Shown: piece after piece, positions 1 to 11,659 of the stretch
How the letters are laid out: each line of letters begins with the position of its first letter
Numbering within the stretch: position 1 is the first letter of the stretch
NCBI RefSeq assembly: GCF_001194135.2
Contig: NC_068982.1
Coordinates: forward strand, 166,946,706 to 166,981,935
DNA from: Octopus bimaculoides
Lineage: Eukaryota
Direction: 5' to 3'
DNA length: 35,230 nucleotides
Translations under genes and position numbers: made by a program
The notes under the pieces: generated by a model
What the model saw: the letters and a program-made list of their open reading frames with translations, nothing else
Told to the model about the DNA's origin: nothing
Database searches by the model: none

Positions 1-175
1 TTGTATATGCTCCACAAGGGAAAACAAGGAACATAGTTTACAATGAGGTGTTATAATCACAACAGCAAGAAAGTATGTACATGATCACCTTCTTTTACAA
101 AACTTCATTGACTTTCATATATTTATATTGATATACATATATATACGTGTGTTTGGGTGCGTGTGTGTATATACA

Positions 176-265
176 TCTCTATATATAAAGATGATGCGTA
201 GTCTAGACGGCGTTTTTAGATTTCATTATTCTCTTTAACCCGGGCAACGCCGGGTATTTATGCTA

Positions 266-266
<1 letters not shown>
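176..266 (+). mobile_element. Minimal non-autonomous Helitron (~91 bp)
   Basis: 5' A|TCTCTATATATAAAG start; 3' hairpin ACCCGG-GCAACG-CCGGGT (238-255) followed by CTAG (263-266)|T; inserted between A and T with no TSD. Confidence 0.75.
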
Positions 267-301
<35 letters not shown>

Positions 302-490
302 ATAACCTTGATTGTGTGCGTTTGTGTTTGCGTACATTATTTGTGTGTGTAGCAGATTGGACACTGAATCGCTGGATAGCCGAGTAGACATCACGGCCAA
401 GCCACAGTAGTTTAACGTGATCGACCGATTAACCGACCAATCAGCGTCAAGCCACCGCGTGAGTCGACTTTCTCGAACTTTGTCACTGAG

Positions 491-565
491 CCCTATATAA
501 AGGTAGTTTTTCGTGGAAACTCCACAATGTTGAGGCAGCCGCTCGACGTCTCCATTCTCACGGTA
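491..565 (+). mobile_element. Possible Tigger/pogo DDE remnant
   Basis: Frame reads PYIKVVFRGNSTMLRQPLDVSILTV*, resembling the Tigger motif IKVVFLPPNTTSLIQP.D..II. The match is short and overlaps a TATA-like sequence. Confidence 0.35.
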
Positions 566-874
566 TGAATATAATGCAATTATTTTCTAGTTGTGATAAG
601 CCAGCTGTAATTGCTAAACTAGTAAAATAGTCGCAGATTCCAGTAGTATGTCTCTCCCGGTGTGTAATTGTCGCTGTCAGTTTTTATCAAAAGACCAACA
701 CAGAAAGCACTGTAAGCTGTAAATAAAGCTGCTGTTAATTGTTCGTGAGTGTTGTTAATTACTTCTACACGCAGCTCTAGAAATACATTTTCATTCGCCA
801 CCAACATCAAACTTCACCTCGACGACATGTTTGTCTCTGTGTGTGTGTGTGTGTGTGTGCACGCGCACGCGTTA

Positions 875-1109
875 CGAATTAAAAGCAGCTCTAATAATGT
901 AAACATAATTGGTCACCCATACATAGTGTATGTGTTTTGTTTATATGCTCGTTTGCTGCGGAATAGCGTTCAGGTGAACGACCTTTCGTGACGCCGAGTG
1001 TTAATGAACACCGAATGAGAGTGTAAACAAAACGAGCGTATAAAGAAAACACATACACTATGTATGCGCAACCGATAATGTTTACATTATTAGAGCTGCT
1101 TTTAATTCG
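875..1109. mobile_element. MITE/fold-back element with ~80-bp inverted arms
   Basis: 875-954 (cgaattaaaagcagctctaataatgtaaacat...gctcgttt) is the reverse complement of 1030-1109 with a few mismatches. No clear TSD; the right side runs into a gap. Confidence 0.75.
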
Positions 1110-1113
1110 CAGG

Positions 1114-1285
1114 NNNNNNNNNNNNNNNNNNNNNNNNNNNNNNNNNNNNNNNNNNNNNNNNNNNNNNNNNNNNNNNNNNNNNNNNNNNNNNNNNNNNNNN
1201 NNNNNNNNNNNNNNNNNNNNNNNNNNNNNNNNNNNNNNNNNNNNNNNNNNNNNNNNNNNNNNNNNNNNNNNNNNNNNNNNNNNNN
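1114..1285. other. Assembly gap (others: 7133-7141, 20332-20631, 21622-22045, 24247-24680)
   Basis: Runs of N. Confidence 0.99.
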
Positions 1286-1559
1286 AATTCATTCCGCTTC
1301 AAAGTGATCCGAGTACATGGTACTGACAAGCCACAATAATGGCGAAACCTTAGTGTCTACCATTTTCAGTCATGCGACAAGAGTTGTCTCGCCTCGTCTG
1401 GGACGTTTAGTGTTCTTTAACATTCGGCGTTGCGTAGGAAACTTTCCCTAGACGCTATCCTGCAGTAAATGAGTGTATAAACAAAATATGCAGGTGCAAC
1501 CGATAATGTATATATATTTACAGAAAAAAAAAAGACGAAGACCGGTGTATAAACAACAA

Positions 1560-3140
1560 GCAGGTGTATTAATTTGAGGCTCGGGAAAGTGAGAAAGTAT
1601 TTTACGTTTCGAGCCTACGCTCTTCAACAGAAAGGAACACGATGAAATAAACGGAGAGAATAAAAAATAATAAATAAATAAATAAAAATAAAAAATAATA
1701 TATATATAGGGGGAGAGAGAGTGTATGTGTGTGTTTTGTATGTATGCGTAGTTGGCAACCTCGACTATATATGACAACTACTGTAAGAAACAAGAGAAGG
1801 TATTCATCCCCCAACCTCGGTTTAACATGCAGCGATATCAATCTTTGGTTTAAACAAACCTTTTTACCCGACAATCTGATATTCGCAACGGTGATTAACA
1901 AATCGAAAGTTCAACCATTCGCATTCATGATGGACTACACATGCCTTTTCCCATTTCTTTACAAGGATACATAGTTCTTAGTAAATTTTCTCTTGAAGCC
2001 ACTGGTTGCTGTACCGTGTAGAGTCTCATAATGCCATCAGATGGCGTGAGGTTAGCTATATAAACCGCAGTCTTTGAGAAGCAGGACCCTCCATTTAGTG
2101 TATTTGGTAGTAACAGGGACGAGTGAAGTGGAGAAACTATGGATGCGTATGCATTTCTGTTGTAACATGCCATGTTGAAAAGTGATGCTCTCTAAGCATG
2201 GTTAACTAAACTTGACCTTATAGGTTTTAAAGAGATTTTCTTGTACCTATAGGTTCATGGGAAATGCTGTCTCATTTGGGACAGGACTCCACTACATTAG
2301 TGGATACTGTTTATATTGCGTAGAGGATTGAATCAGACTGTCTTTCTCCTTCTAACTTACTTCGGGTTTGCGGTGAGATAGGCATTCTCCATATCTTCTC
2401 AATTATCATCAAAGTCATTCCTCACTAATAAATTATTATAATGTGGTGCGATCCTATTGCAGATCACTCAGCCCGCTAATAGATTGGAGATTCTTCTGGC
2501 GATGTTTGTTACTAGGTTTCTTATTACATCTGAAGTGTTTGGAATTTTTCGTTAGGCTTTGTGTAAGAGAAGAATTTGCCTGTCTTGAGATCTAGAGTGA
2601 CACCCAAGAAGTCTCTGCTTGTTAAGTTGGTGATAACTGTAACACTTTGGTCGAATTCTTTGAAGATATTTATAAAGTTCTTCTTGAGCTTATCCATGAC
2701 GAAACTGTTCATATCGGTTGAGATTCCCTACCCGTGGACTCGGTACAGAGCCGAACTGTGGGTGGATGTATATTTTTCTATGGTACCCAGAGTAAATAAC
2801 CCGACTAGATCAACGACTTGGGCTCCGTTGTATTTCCTCATGGATACATCGAACAGTGGGTCGCCTTCCTTTTTCACCCTTTAGGCATCATCGGGAAACA
2901 GGAGTGCCTTCCTAGCCTTCCGAATCATTCTAATATTGTGGTTGCTGACTCTAGTAAGTTGTCTCCCGAAATCTGGGTTTTGCAAGAGGAGAGATTTTGA
3001 TTTTCAACGGCAGAAAACTGGATGAACTTGCAGGTTGCTTTATTCTCGCTATCGCGAGATTATTTAATGACAGCATGACTTCAGTCCCATTGAAATCAAC
3101 CCTGTGCCCTTCTGATGCCAGAATTGATGGCATCAGGAAT
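1560..3140 (-). mobile_element. Penelope-like retroelement, 5'-truncated and decayed (RT C-terminal part, GIY-YIG, terminal repeat)
   Basis: Minus strand reads CKFIQF, KKEGDPLFDVSMRKYNGAQVVDLVGL, KLKKNFINIFKEF..VITNLTSRDFLGVTLDLKTGKFFSYTKPN, RRISNL..APHYNN, then LNGGSCFSKTAVYIANLT (GIY-YIG region). Many stops and frameshifts. Confidence 0.8.
1600..1633 (-). ncRNA. Minimal hammerhead-ribozyme-like core in Penelope terminal repeat (variant CUGUUGA)
   Basis: Minus strand: cttt CTGTTGA a GAGC-gtag-GCTC GAAA C GTA aaa; 4-bp stem II, ACGU palindromic stem III, GUA triplet. Confidence 0.55.
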
Positions 3141-3446
3141 ACGTTTATTTACAATGCGTAGCTTGCTCTCGGGGGTGCTGATTAACCTACATTTACGGCT
3201 GGAAACAACGTGGGAATCATAATCGCTCAGAGTGATACAAGGAGTGCACAGCGATGCGGTCTACACATTTTTTTTTTCTGGAGTGTGACTATCTCCTTCG
3301 CTTCCGTGTTTATATATCATTGTATGCTCAGATGTTAACTTACTTGCACGTGCTAGCGCTTGCTCCGTATATTTGCTTTGTGTGTGATGTGTGCGTGAGT
3401 ATGCTTATGTGTGCGCATATGTGTGTGCGTTTGAGCGCGAATATAT

Positions 3447-3471
3447 ACACACACACACGCACGCACGCGCG

Positions 3472-3520
<49 letters not shown>

Positions 3521-3526
3521 ACACAC
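3447..3526. repeat. (CA)n microsatellite
   Basis: Visible directly. Confidence 0.95.
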
Positions 3527-3529
3527 ATG

Positions 3530-5890
3530 CCATATTTCCGGTCAGTGTATACACTATTGCACCATTTTACAAAAGATGTTTCAAAAATCTACTGTGTGCT
3601 TAATGCACCTATATAACAAGTATGAAACCGAGCACCATTATCGCAAAGTGCCTAACTAAGGAGTAGGACGGGTAGTTGTCTACTAAATATTACTAAACAT
3701 ATTACTAAATATAAAATACTTAAAATACATTTATCTGTTTATTAGCAAAACTTGCGACAAATGTGCCGAAGACCTAATTAATGGCTTACAGTACATGGGA
3801 AGTATATGACAGCAGGAACTTCACATCATTTTAGTGTACCTCCACTCACACCCCAGCATACATAATCCATTCCGGATATATATCTTACGTTACTGAACAA
3901 CATCGTTACCTTTAAGAATGTTTGTTTATCCACCAGTAAATGAAAATGTTCCAGTAAGGTTAAAGGAATGTTGAACTTCAACTTTCACTTATCTACATTG
4001 CAACCAGGTGTCGATCAAACAATAGCGATTGTGCTACTCCCTTCTAGCAGATCACGGTAACAAAAAACATCACAACTAATAGTGCGAGTTTCACATCCTG
4101 TATGCAATTCACTTGACTAAAATATAAAGAATCTACATACACAGTTGCTCTGATCGGGGTTAGAGTTTGCTTAAGGTATTTTCTAAGTGTTATGCTTGAT
4201 TTATCGTAAATTTCTCAGAGTTCAAGCCCTTGGTTCAAAAACAATGTAAACTTTGCCATAGGATTAAATTTAAGTTCGATGTTATAACATAGGCGAAATA
4301 ACACGGTAATAGGTTAATAGTATTCTGGTCCACCACAACTAGTAAAATGATGAGGACTAGGAGGAAGCACGAAGAGTTAAACACTAAACGTATAAAATTC
4401 TATTTCTGTTTAGTAATTGTCAAGAGGCCGGAAGTAAGAGAATCAAACACATGGATAGTAAACTAAAAGGGCCTGGATATATCACTACCTAAATGGTATT
4501 CCGGATTTATGAGAGAGAAAAATCATCTCTGTGTGAGGGCTAGAACAAGAATAGTATAAAAATTGCCTGCTGGATACGAAAACAGAATCGCTAAATTTTT
4601 CAGTTATCTGATTAATGCAGGAGAATAAAATAATTTTGAACTTTTACAAAGTCCCTTTAACACTTAAATAGCTTCGGGCAACGTTAGAATTCAAAGCTGA
4701 TAAATTTGTTATTGTTAACACATATGTCTGTGAAGAAACACGCTATACAATTGTTTAATAAAGAAAGACATTACCTAAGATAAGATTATGCACTAGAGTA
4801 TATATTCATGTCCATCTTAATGATTGAATGGATGAAGAAGAAATGAACTTAGAGATAAAGTTCGATCTTGGCATCTAGGTGAACTATTAAAGAAACCTGC
4901 CTCGTTAGTTTTAGGTTCTGTTTCGGACCATAAGATTGGACTTGCTAAAAAAACCTGAGTGACTGAAGACACAGCCGTAACATCGATATGTCTAACCATT
5001 TGCTTGCAACCGTTAGATGTCACAACCAATAAACCATTTAAATGAACCATGAGGAAAGAGTGAAACAAAAGACTGAGGGCTTCAGATTCTGAGTGGTTAG
5101 GAAATTTATACAATGCAGAGCATGAAGAAGTTATGTTGAAATCATTTTCTATAAAAAGAATTGTAGCATTAATAATGCCCTTGATGGTGCAAAGGGAAAT
5201 GTATTTCCTGAAGAAAAGATCCTATTATAGAGAATTCCATTGATGAAGAGAGTAAAAATGAGTTTTTCAAGTTTTGACGATTTGAGGTTACTTAGTTCTG
5301 AAGATAATGGTTTCATGAGTTTTGCAGATGATGATAAAATAAAATTTCATAATTACATTTTTTTTTTTTTACATTCATTGTACATTGCTGATATCTAGTA
5401 GCCTTATCCATTTACTGAAATACCAGTTTTTCTTAGAATGCAAAACACTTTTCTCCTGTTGTTTGATAAGAAGGAAATATTTGCCTTGTCTGCATATATA
5501 CTACATCTGTGGGAATTCAATCGTATTTATTGTACTTTGCAGCTTGTTTTGACCAGTTTTGCCGATAAATAATCTTCCCCTGCTGACACCAGTATTCGTT
5601 CATACCAATATAAGTTGTTTTTCTTTTCAGCTATAGTAAATTTAATGGATTTTTCTTTCATAGTTAGTATTATGTTACAGTATATGATTTCATGCATGAT
5701 TTTAATATATATTGTATTCACAAGCAGAAAAAGAAAGCTATTTTCTCTCATAACCACTTTAAAATCACTTTCGCGAAATCTATGATGAAATATGACGAAA
5801 CATACAAAAATGGGGTAGTCTACAAAATATCGTTATAAATTAAGTGTGCGCCTTATGCGGAGGCTCGTTTTATACACAGACAAGCACGAT
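3530..5890 (+). mobile_element. Decayed, near full-length pogo-superfamily DNA transposon (POGK/Passer-like: Brinker DBD + CENP-B HTH + DDE_1)
   Basis: From ~4269: FKFDVIT*AK*HGNR..SKMMRTRRKHEEL; FMREKNHLCVRARTRIV*KLPAGYE; EETRYTIV..RKTLPK..VYIHVH; LLKKPASLVLGS..DHK; CLQPLDVTTNKPFK (5001-5042); MLKSF..NCSINNALDG. Degenerate end sequences at ~3530 and ~5869-5889. Confidence 0.8.
4269..5215 (+). pseudogene. Disrupted pogo transposase coding region
   Basis: Collinear motif order matches POGK-type transposases; multiple stops, frameshifts and internal deletions. Confidence 0.8.
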
Positions 5891-5924
5891 GTGTATGTGT
5901 GTGTGTGTACACCTGCAAATACGG

Positions 5925-5926
<2 letters not shown>

Positions 5927-6012
<86 letters not shown>

Positions 6013-6072
6013 GATAGATACATACATACATACATACATACATACATACATACATACATACATACATACATA
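5927..6072. repeat. Compound microsatellite (GATA)n(GA)n(CATA)n
   Basis: Visible directly. Confidence 0.95.
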
Positions 6073-6129
6073 CTCAGGTCAGCTCTTATTGAACATAACT
6101 GTATTCAAAGGCGTTCGATCTCATATTTT

Positions 6130-6690
6130 TGTGTATCTAACATTCTACAGTATTCAGTGTGTCCTTCCTTTATTTAAGACAATAATGTGTTACTTGGGGG
6201 TGGGGATTTGCCGCTATTTCTTGTACATAAAGTAATATTGTAAAGGTTCTTTGATTTGGTAGACTTTGTGCATTGTATTTAGGGCAAGTAAACATGTTGA
6301 AAGCTATCCTTCTTCAAGATATCCCTGAGGAATTGAACTCCGTCCTACAACACTAATCCGTCGTGATAACTCGGTATATAATGGAGTATTCTTAGTTTTA
6401 ATATCTGTGGTATCAATTTGCTGCAACGTCGACTGAGCCAAATGAGATTGCTTTAAATGTCATGATCATGGACATAACTTAGTGCCTGCATCAAGATAAC
6501 GAACAGCCGATTTTCGTTTGGTTGTGGTGCTCCATATCAACTTGCCTTCTACGTGGTCGCTCGAAATAACAACTAAATCTCCCTCATAAAACATCGTGCG
6601 GTCTTAAAACAGGACGCATCAGGTAATGCTTTCATAGATACACTGCAGCTGAACGAAAGGACTAGATTACCACAGCAGAACTGCTTTTGA
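6130..6690 (-). mobile_element. Probable LINE 3'-end fragment (CR1-like)
   Basis: Minus strand has decayed KLIPQILKLR-type text followed by a non-coding tail; recognised from memory as a recurrent octopus repeat. Confidence 0.4.
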
Positions 6691-6730
6691 TCAGGTGATC
6701 AGGGCTGACGTGGGGCTAAACAACACTCAG

Positions 6731-6838
<108 letters not shown>

Positions 6839-7142
6839 TATAGCATGAAACGTGTTTACAAGTCACGTATACACTACATATACATCACGTATACATCACA
6901 CACCTGTACGACACTGAGAATATACTCGTGAAATGAAGCCAAGAAAATAATCACTTCCATAACAACTACACGCAGCAGCAAAAACTGTTTAGACACGTGT
7001 TGTGTGCTTGTGTGTAAATCTCTGGCTTTCATATATACATGTGTCTGCATGTATCTGTAGAAGGGCGTCTATTCATTCATATATATATATATATATATAT
7101 ATAAATATGTGTTTGTATGTATATATATACATNNNNNNNNNN

Positions 7143-7173
<31 letters not shown>

Positions 7174-7717
7174 TTACGTGTACATGTGTGCGTGGGTGTG
7201 TTTGTATGAATTCGTATTATTTATATATGTCTGTATTTATTTTCCTACAGCATTCATTTAATTTTATGTTGACGCCTCCACCGTTGCTTATGTCGAAAGA
7301 CTATTGAGAATCTCTTTCCCGGTTTAATGGCTAAAGTCAGCAATAGCAACACCCTCAATATCTCTACAACATATTTCTACATACACGTAACAGATTATTT
7401 ATTATGCTGTGTGGTGAAAGGTCTAATTAATCTCAACGGTATCATTGCAATAGTGACGGCATTGATAACGAGTCGTCAAAACTGAAATTCACAACTGGCA
7501 GACGTTGATAAAATCTTTTATCCAGGTACCACAAGAAAGTGAATCTGGCTACTTTAAGACTCTGAGTCATTGATAATAGTTTCATTTCAGTGTAATGTCT
7601 ATATATTATATTGAGGTTTGGTTTGTTTTGGGTGGTAAGGAGGTTGGGTTGTGATTTAAGAACGTCATTAGAAATATCATACTGTCTCAATTTTTTTTCT
7701 CTTTCGTTTAAGTGTCC

Positions 7718-7765
<48 letters not shown>

Positions 7766-7929
7766 CTTTTCTACTGTAGGCACAAGGCCCGAAATTTTTG
7801 AGGGAGGGTGCCAATCGATTAGATCGACACCTGTATGCAACTGATACTTAATTTATCGATCACGAAAGGATGTAAGGCAAAGTCGACCTCGGCGGAATTT
7901 GAACAACGATTCTGCCAGCTCGCCGCCTT
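7766..7929 (-). mobile_element. tRNA-derived SINE copy (internally deleted) with (ATT)n tail
   Basis: Minus strand aaggcggcgagctggcagaatcgtt...gttcaaattccgccgaggtcgactttgcc (A/B-box-like); same family as 7945-8132, 19860-20030 and 31761-31935. Confidence 0.8.
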
Positions 7930-7944
7930 AATGGTAATAATAAT

Positions 7945-8132
7945 CCTTTTTACTAAAGACACAAGGCCTGAAATTTGGTGGGAGGGGCCTAACTGATTAC
8001 ATCAACTCCATTGTTTCACTAGTACTTTATTTATCGACCCCGAAAGGATGAAAGGCAAAGTCGTGAACTCAGAACGTAAAGACGGACTAAATGCTGCTGA
8101 GCATTTCGGCATTTCGTCCGGCATGCTAACAA
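7945..8132 (-). mobile_element. tRNA-derived SINE copy, head-to-tail with the previous copy
   Basis: Shares cacaaggcc.gaaattt, tttatcga.c.cgaaaggatgaaaggcaaagtcg and gaactcagaacgta blocks with the other copies. Confidence 0.8.
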
Positions 8133-8154
8133 TTTTTATTTTTTATTTTTAATC

Positions 8155-8480
8155 TATTACTCGTTTCAGTCATTGAACTGCAGGCATGCTGGGGCACCGA
8201 CTTAAGTGTTTAGTTGAACAAGTGAACCCCAGTAACTTTTTAAGAATTTAATACAATAAAAGGCTGACACTTAATCTATCTGTGCCTTTTGCCGAACTGC
8301 TAGTTTACCAGCTCGTCAACAAACCAACTCTGACAAGCGGTGGGTGGGGACAAATACAAAGATATACGCGCGCGCGCGCAAACACACACGCACACACACA
8401 CACACACAGATATATATTTATACATACATGTATACGACAGGCTTCTTTCAGTTTCCGTCTATCAAATCCAGGCCTTGGTT
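8155..8480 (-). mobile_element. SINE of a second family, 3' part
   Basis: tttcagtcatt.actgc.g.catgctgg.gcaccg ... gcttctttcagtttccgtcta.caaatcca blocks; the tail is related to 18545-18585 in the opposite orientation. Confidence 0.6.
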
Positions 8481-8947
8481 GATCCAACATTAAGCATGTG
8501 TGAATGAATGCTATAGTGAACTTTAAAGGGCATATGCTATAATGTACTTTTGAAATCTAAGATTTCAGCCGACACTCCTTCCGTGTAAATTAAAGAGAAT
8601 TAAATGCATAGGGCCATTATAAACAATTCTTTCTTATACAGTTTCATCAAGGACAGAAAAACAGTTCGACTGGTTTCAATTATTTTATGAAATCTTATTA
8701 GAAAGTGAGTACTCATCTATAACTATTCAGCGAGATATTGTACAATATAGTGTTAAAGTACACAGTCTTTAATGTGTCATTAATTTTCTAATAAACAGTC
8801 TCTAACTGCCGATGATACAGTACTTATGCAAATTGGATTCCTCGATTTATTAAAGTCCTTAAATCCAGTGGTTGAAAATATAATCTTTTCTTTCCACGAA
8901 GAGGTTGTATGAAAAACGATGGCTTACACAAAGATACACGCGTACGC

Positions 8948-8948
8948 G

Positions 8949-9021
<73 letters not shown>

Positions 9022-9055
9022 ATACACACACATATACACATACACACACACACTC
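8948..9055. repeat. (CA)n microsatellite
   Basis: Visible directly. Confidence 0.95.
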
Positions 9056-10067
9056 AGAAATAAGTTTAATTTAAAACCAAACATTGTCGGTTAAAATTTA
9101 GATTTGCTTTAAAGTACATTATATCAAACACATAAACACGCGCGCATACACATATATCAAACTTATATGTGTGCGTGTGTGTGTGTGTATACATACACAC
9201 ATGCATACATATGTATATGTATATTTATACATACATATCTAGATATGGACATGTATACACACACACATACACACACACATACATATAAGTAATATACATG
9301 CAGACACATGCATACACACACATACACATTCAAGTATACTCGTGAGATAAATAACTGCAACTTAAAAGAACTCATTACCAAATTGGAACATAGCAGAATA
9401 TATTTGATATAACGGAATAGTGATTGCTATTTATTCAGATATAATAGATATCCATACACACACACACAAACCCACACACACACACAAGCACACACGTACA
9501 TATATGCACTCTCAATTTATCTGCATCCATTCTGTTTCATATTTCTTCTTCTAGACTCAAGGCATGCAGTAAAAACAAATAAGAACGACTTTAATTAAAT
9601 ATCTACAAAATGTGTTAGAAAGACGTGTCTTTTTTTCTTTTCTTTTTTCTTTTGCCTCTCTTATTTTCCCGACATTTTTCCTTTCATTCAGTGCAAACAG
9701 CATAAGTGTTCAGAGATTTATCTAAACAAAACCAAGCTAAGTGTTAAGAGCTTTCATAAATGCGGGGAAATTAACAAGTGAATAAAACCATCTACAGTCC
9801 TTTTTCTCTTTTAACTTCCGTTTTTTTGTATATTTTGATCATTTTTATTTCTTACTCATTTTCAGTAACATTGCAATACTGTGAATCTGCTATCTCACAT
9901 TTAACCATTCTACCAGATGAGCAGGTCATTATACAACCGTGGCGCTCGAGTAGAAATATTTTGTGTACTTTTCTTTGCTAGTAAGCACGAGGGTGTGTGT
10001 GTGTGTCTGTATGTTGTTGGTGTTGCTTTTGCTGTTGCTGATGTGCGTGTGTGTCAATGGTTGCATG

Positions 10068-10111
<44 letters not shown>

Positions 10112-11488
10112 ACACCATAACCTCTTCTATGTTCATATGCAAATGTCTGAAACCATTGCTGCTGCTGCTCTTTCTGTTGTTGCCTTGATACGTTTGATCA
10201 TCGTAGATATTAATTCTTACATTACTTCTCTTGTTTACTACGCATGCCACTATGCTATATCTGCGTACTATTATAGGAATCGGGGCAAAGTGAATATCAA
10301 AACTTGCCAAAATGAATATCAGAACAATGACACAGCAATGCACCGCTGGTATGATATGAACGTCTGACCCTTCAATTGTGGTCTGATATTTAACCGACTC
10401 GACCACTTGCAGCTCATTTATTACCTATATTTGATACTTGCTCAGTTGTCTTTATCACTATTCTTGCAATTATGGTTGCAAACAATTTATTTAAAGATGT
10501 ATTATAGCAATATAAAGATACTAATTCAAAACCTTACCCAATGCCATAGCCATTTTGGTCTCATGTTGAGGATCTATTTTCAGTGTTTTAAAACTTTTTT
10601 GTCTGATCATCAGTTGCAGCAACTGAAGAACTGTACAATTGTACCATTATTGGTTCAATCATACCACTTTTAGACACCTAAGCTCTTTGGTTGCATAAAT
10701 TGCCAATGACATTTTCTGTTATTAGTCCTTTATTCTAAAAGCGCGAGATAACAGAATCAGTATAGCACTGAAGGAAATAACACAATTTCTTTGTGCTTCT
10801 TTCACTGTCAGTTAAAATCTGTCTGAGATTAACCCTGCTTTTCATTCTTCTGAGGTGAGTAACATAAGCACCAGTCAAGTGCTGGCAAAGATTTAACTAA
10901 CTGCTCTACCACCCAGTGTGAGAAGCCTTTCGCTTATATACTTATATTCGTAAGAAGTCATTATTTTTTCTCATCCTGGCAGTAACTTCGAAATACGAAA
11001 ACGAATTCCAGTGTCTAGAAAGTATATTTCTAAACAATACTTCCGATGGGAGCGAGGATAGATTTGTATTGAGACTGTTATTTCATTCTCCTTCATCCAC
11101 AAACTTGGAAACAAAGTGGAGGAGCACATGATTTCCCTATCTATTGCTTCGAGTTAATGTCAAAGTAACCTGTATAGTATTTCGCAGAGTTCCTAAGCAT
11201 TAGATTGTTCACTTCTCGTTGCAAATATCTCTTAGATCTTATCCTACCGTCTTAAAAAGAGAAGATACGTTGTACAATGTAGTTTCTGATATTAAAAAGA
11301 CGATGCTGGATGCGGCTCGAACGTCTCTCGTCATGGGTCTACTCAGTCAAGGATGACCTGGTCCTAAATAGCAACCATAACAATAACAACAACAACATTC
11401 TAGCATTACACAGCAATTTCATCATCAGTATCATTTTTTTCTGCTTTCGTATTCCTCACTCAACTTTCTCGTCTGGTTTATCTTTCAG

Positions 11489-11659
11489 AAATTTAAAGTA
11501 ACGCTGGATGGAGGTCGATTTAAAAAGGAAGGGCGAGTTGCTATACTCTTGCCCGGAGCTAAGAAGTATGGAGTGATCTGTGGTGACCACTGGAGTTATT
11601 TTGAAGCTTCTGTGGTCTGTCGGCAGTTAGGATTTGGTTTGGTGAAGCAAATTTTCCAG
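11489..11659 (+). CDS. LOXL: LOXL exon A: N-terminal half of SRCR domain
   Basis: tctttcag|AAA...CAG|gtaagg. Translates KFKVTLDGGRFKKEGRVAILLPGAKKYGVICGDHWSYFEASVVCRQLGFGLVKQIFQ, with SRCR hallmarks EGRV, G.IC.D.W and VVCRQLG. Confidence 0.92.

Noticed and set aside
4817-5113. 98-aa minus-strand ORF
   Set aside because: It is the antisense shadow of the + strand pogo transposase remnant.
9917-9982. MSRSLYNRGARVEIFCVLFFA with a GTAAGC donor, superficially like the SRCR GRVE motif
   Set aside because: No other SRCR features, and it ends in phase 1, incompatible with the phase-0 start of exon A.
9963-10406. Hydrophobic ORFs, including MFICKCLKPLLLLLFLLLP* at ~10129, as the LOX signal-peptide exon
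   Set aside because: An in-frame stop precedes any usable donor, and the hydrophobicity comes from (GCT/GTT)n low-complexity sequence next to a GT microsatellite.
10812-10860. Strong donor GAG|GTGAGT with an upstream KICLRLTLLFILL stretch
   Set aside because: No ATG in frame and it ends in phase 2; it could be a UTR exon but nothing in the sequence supports that.
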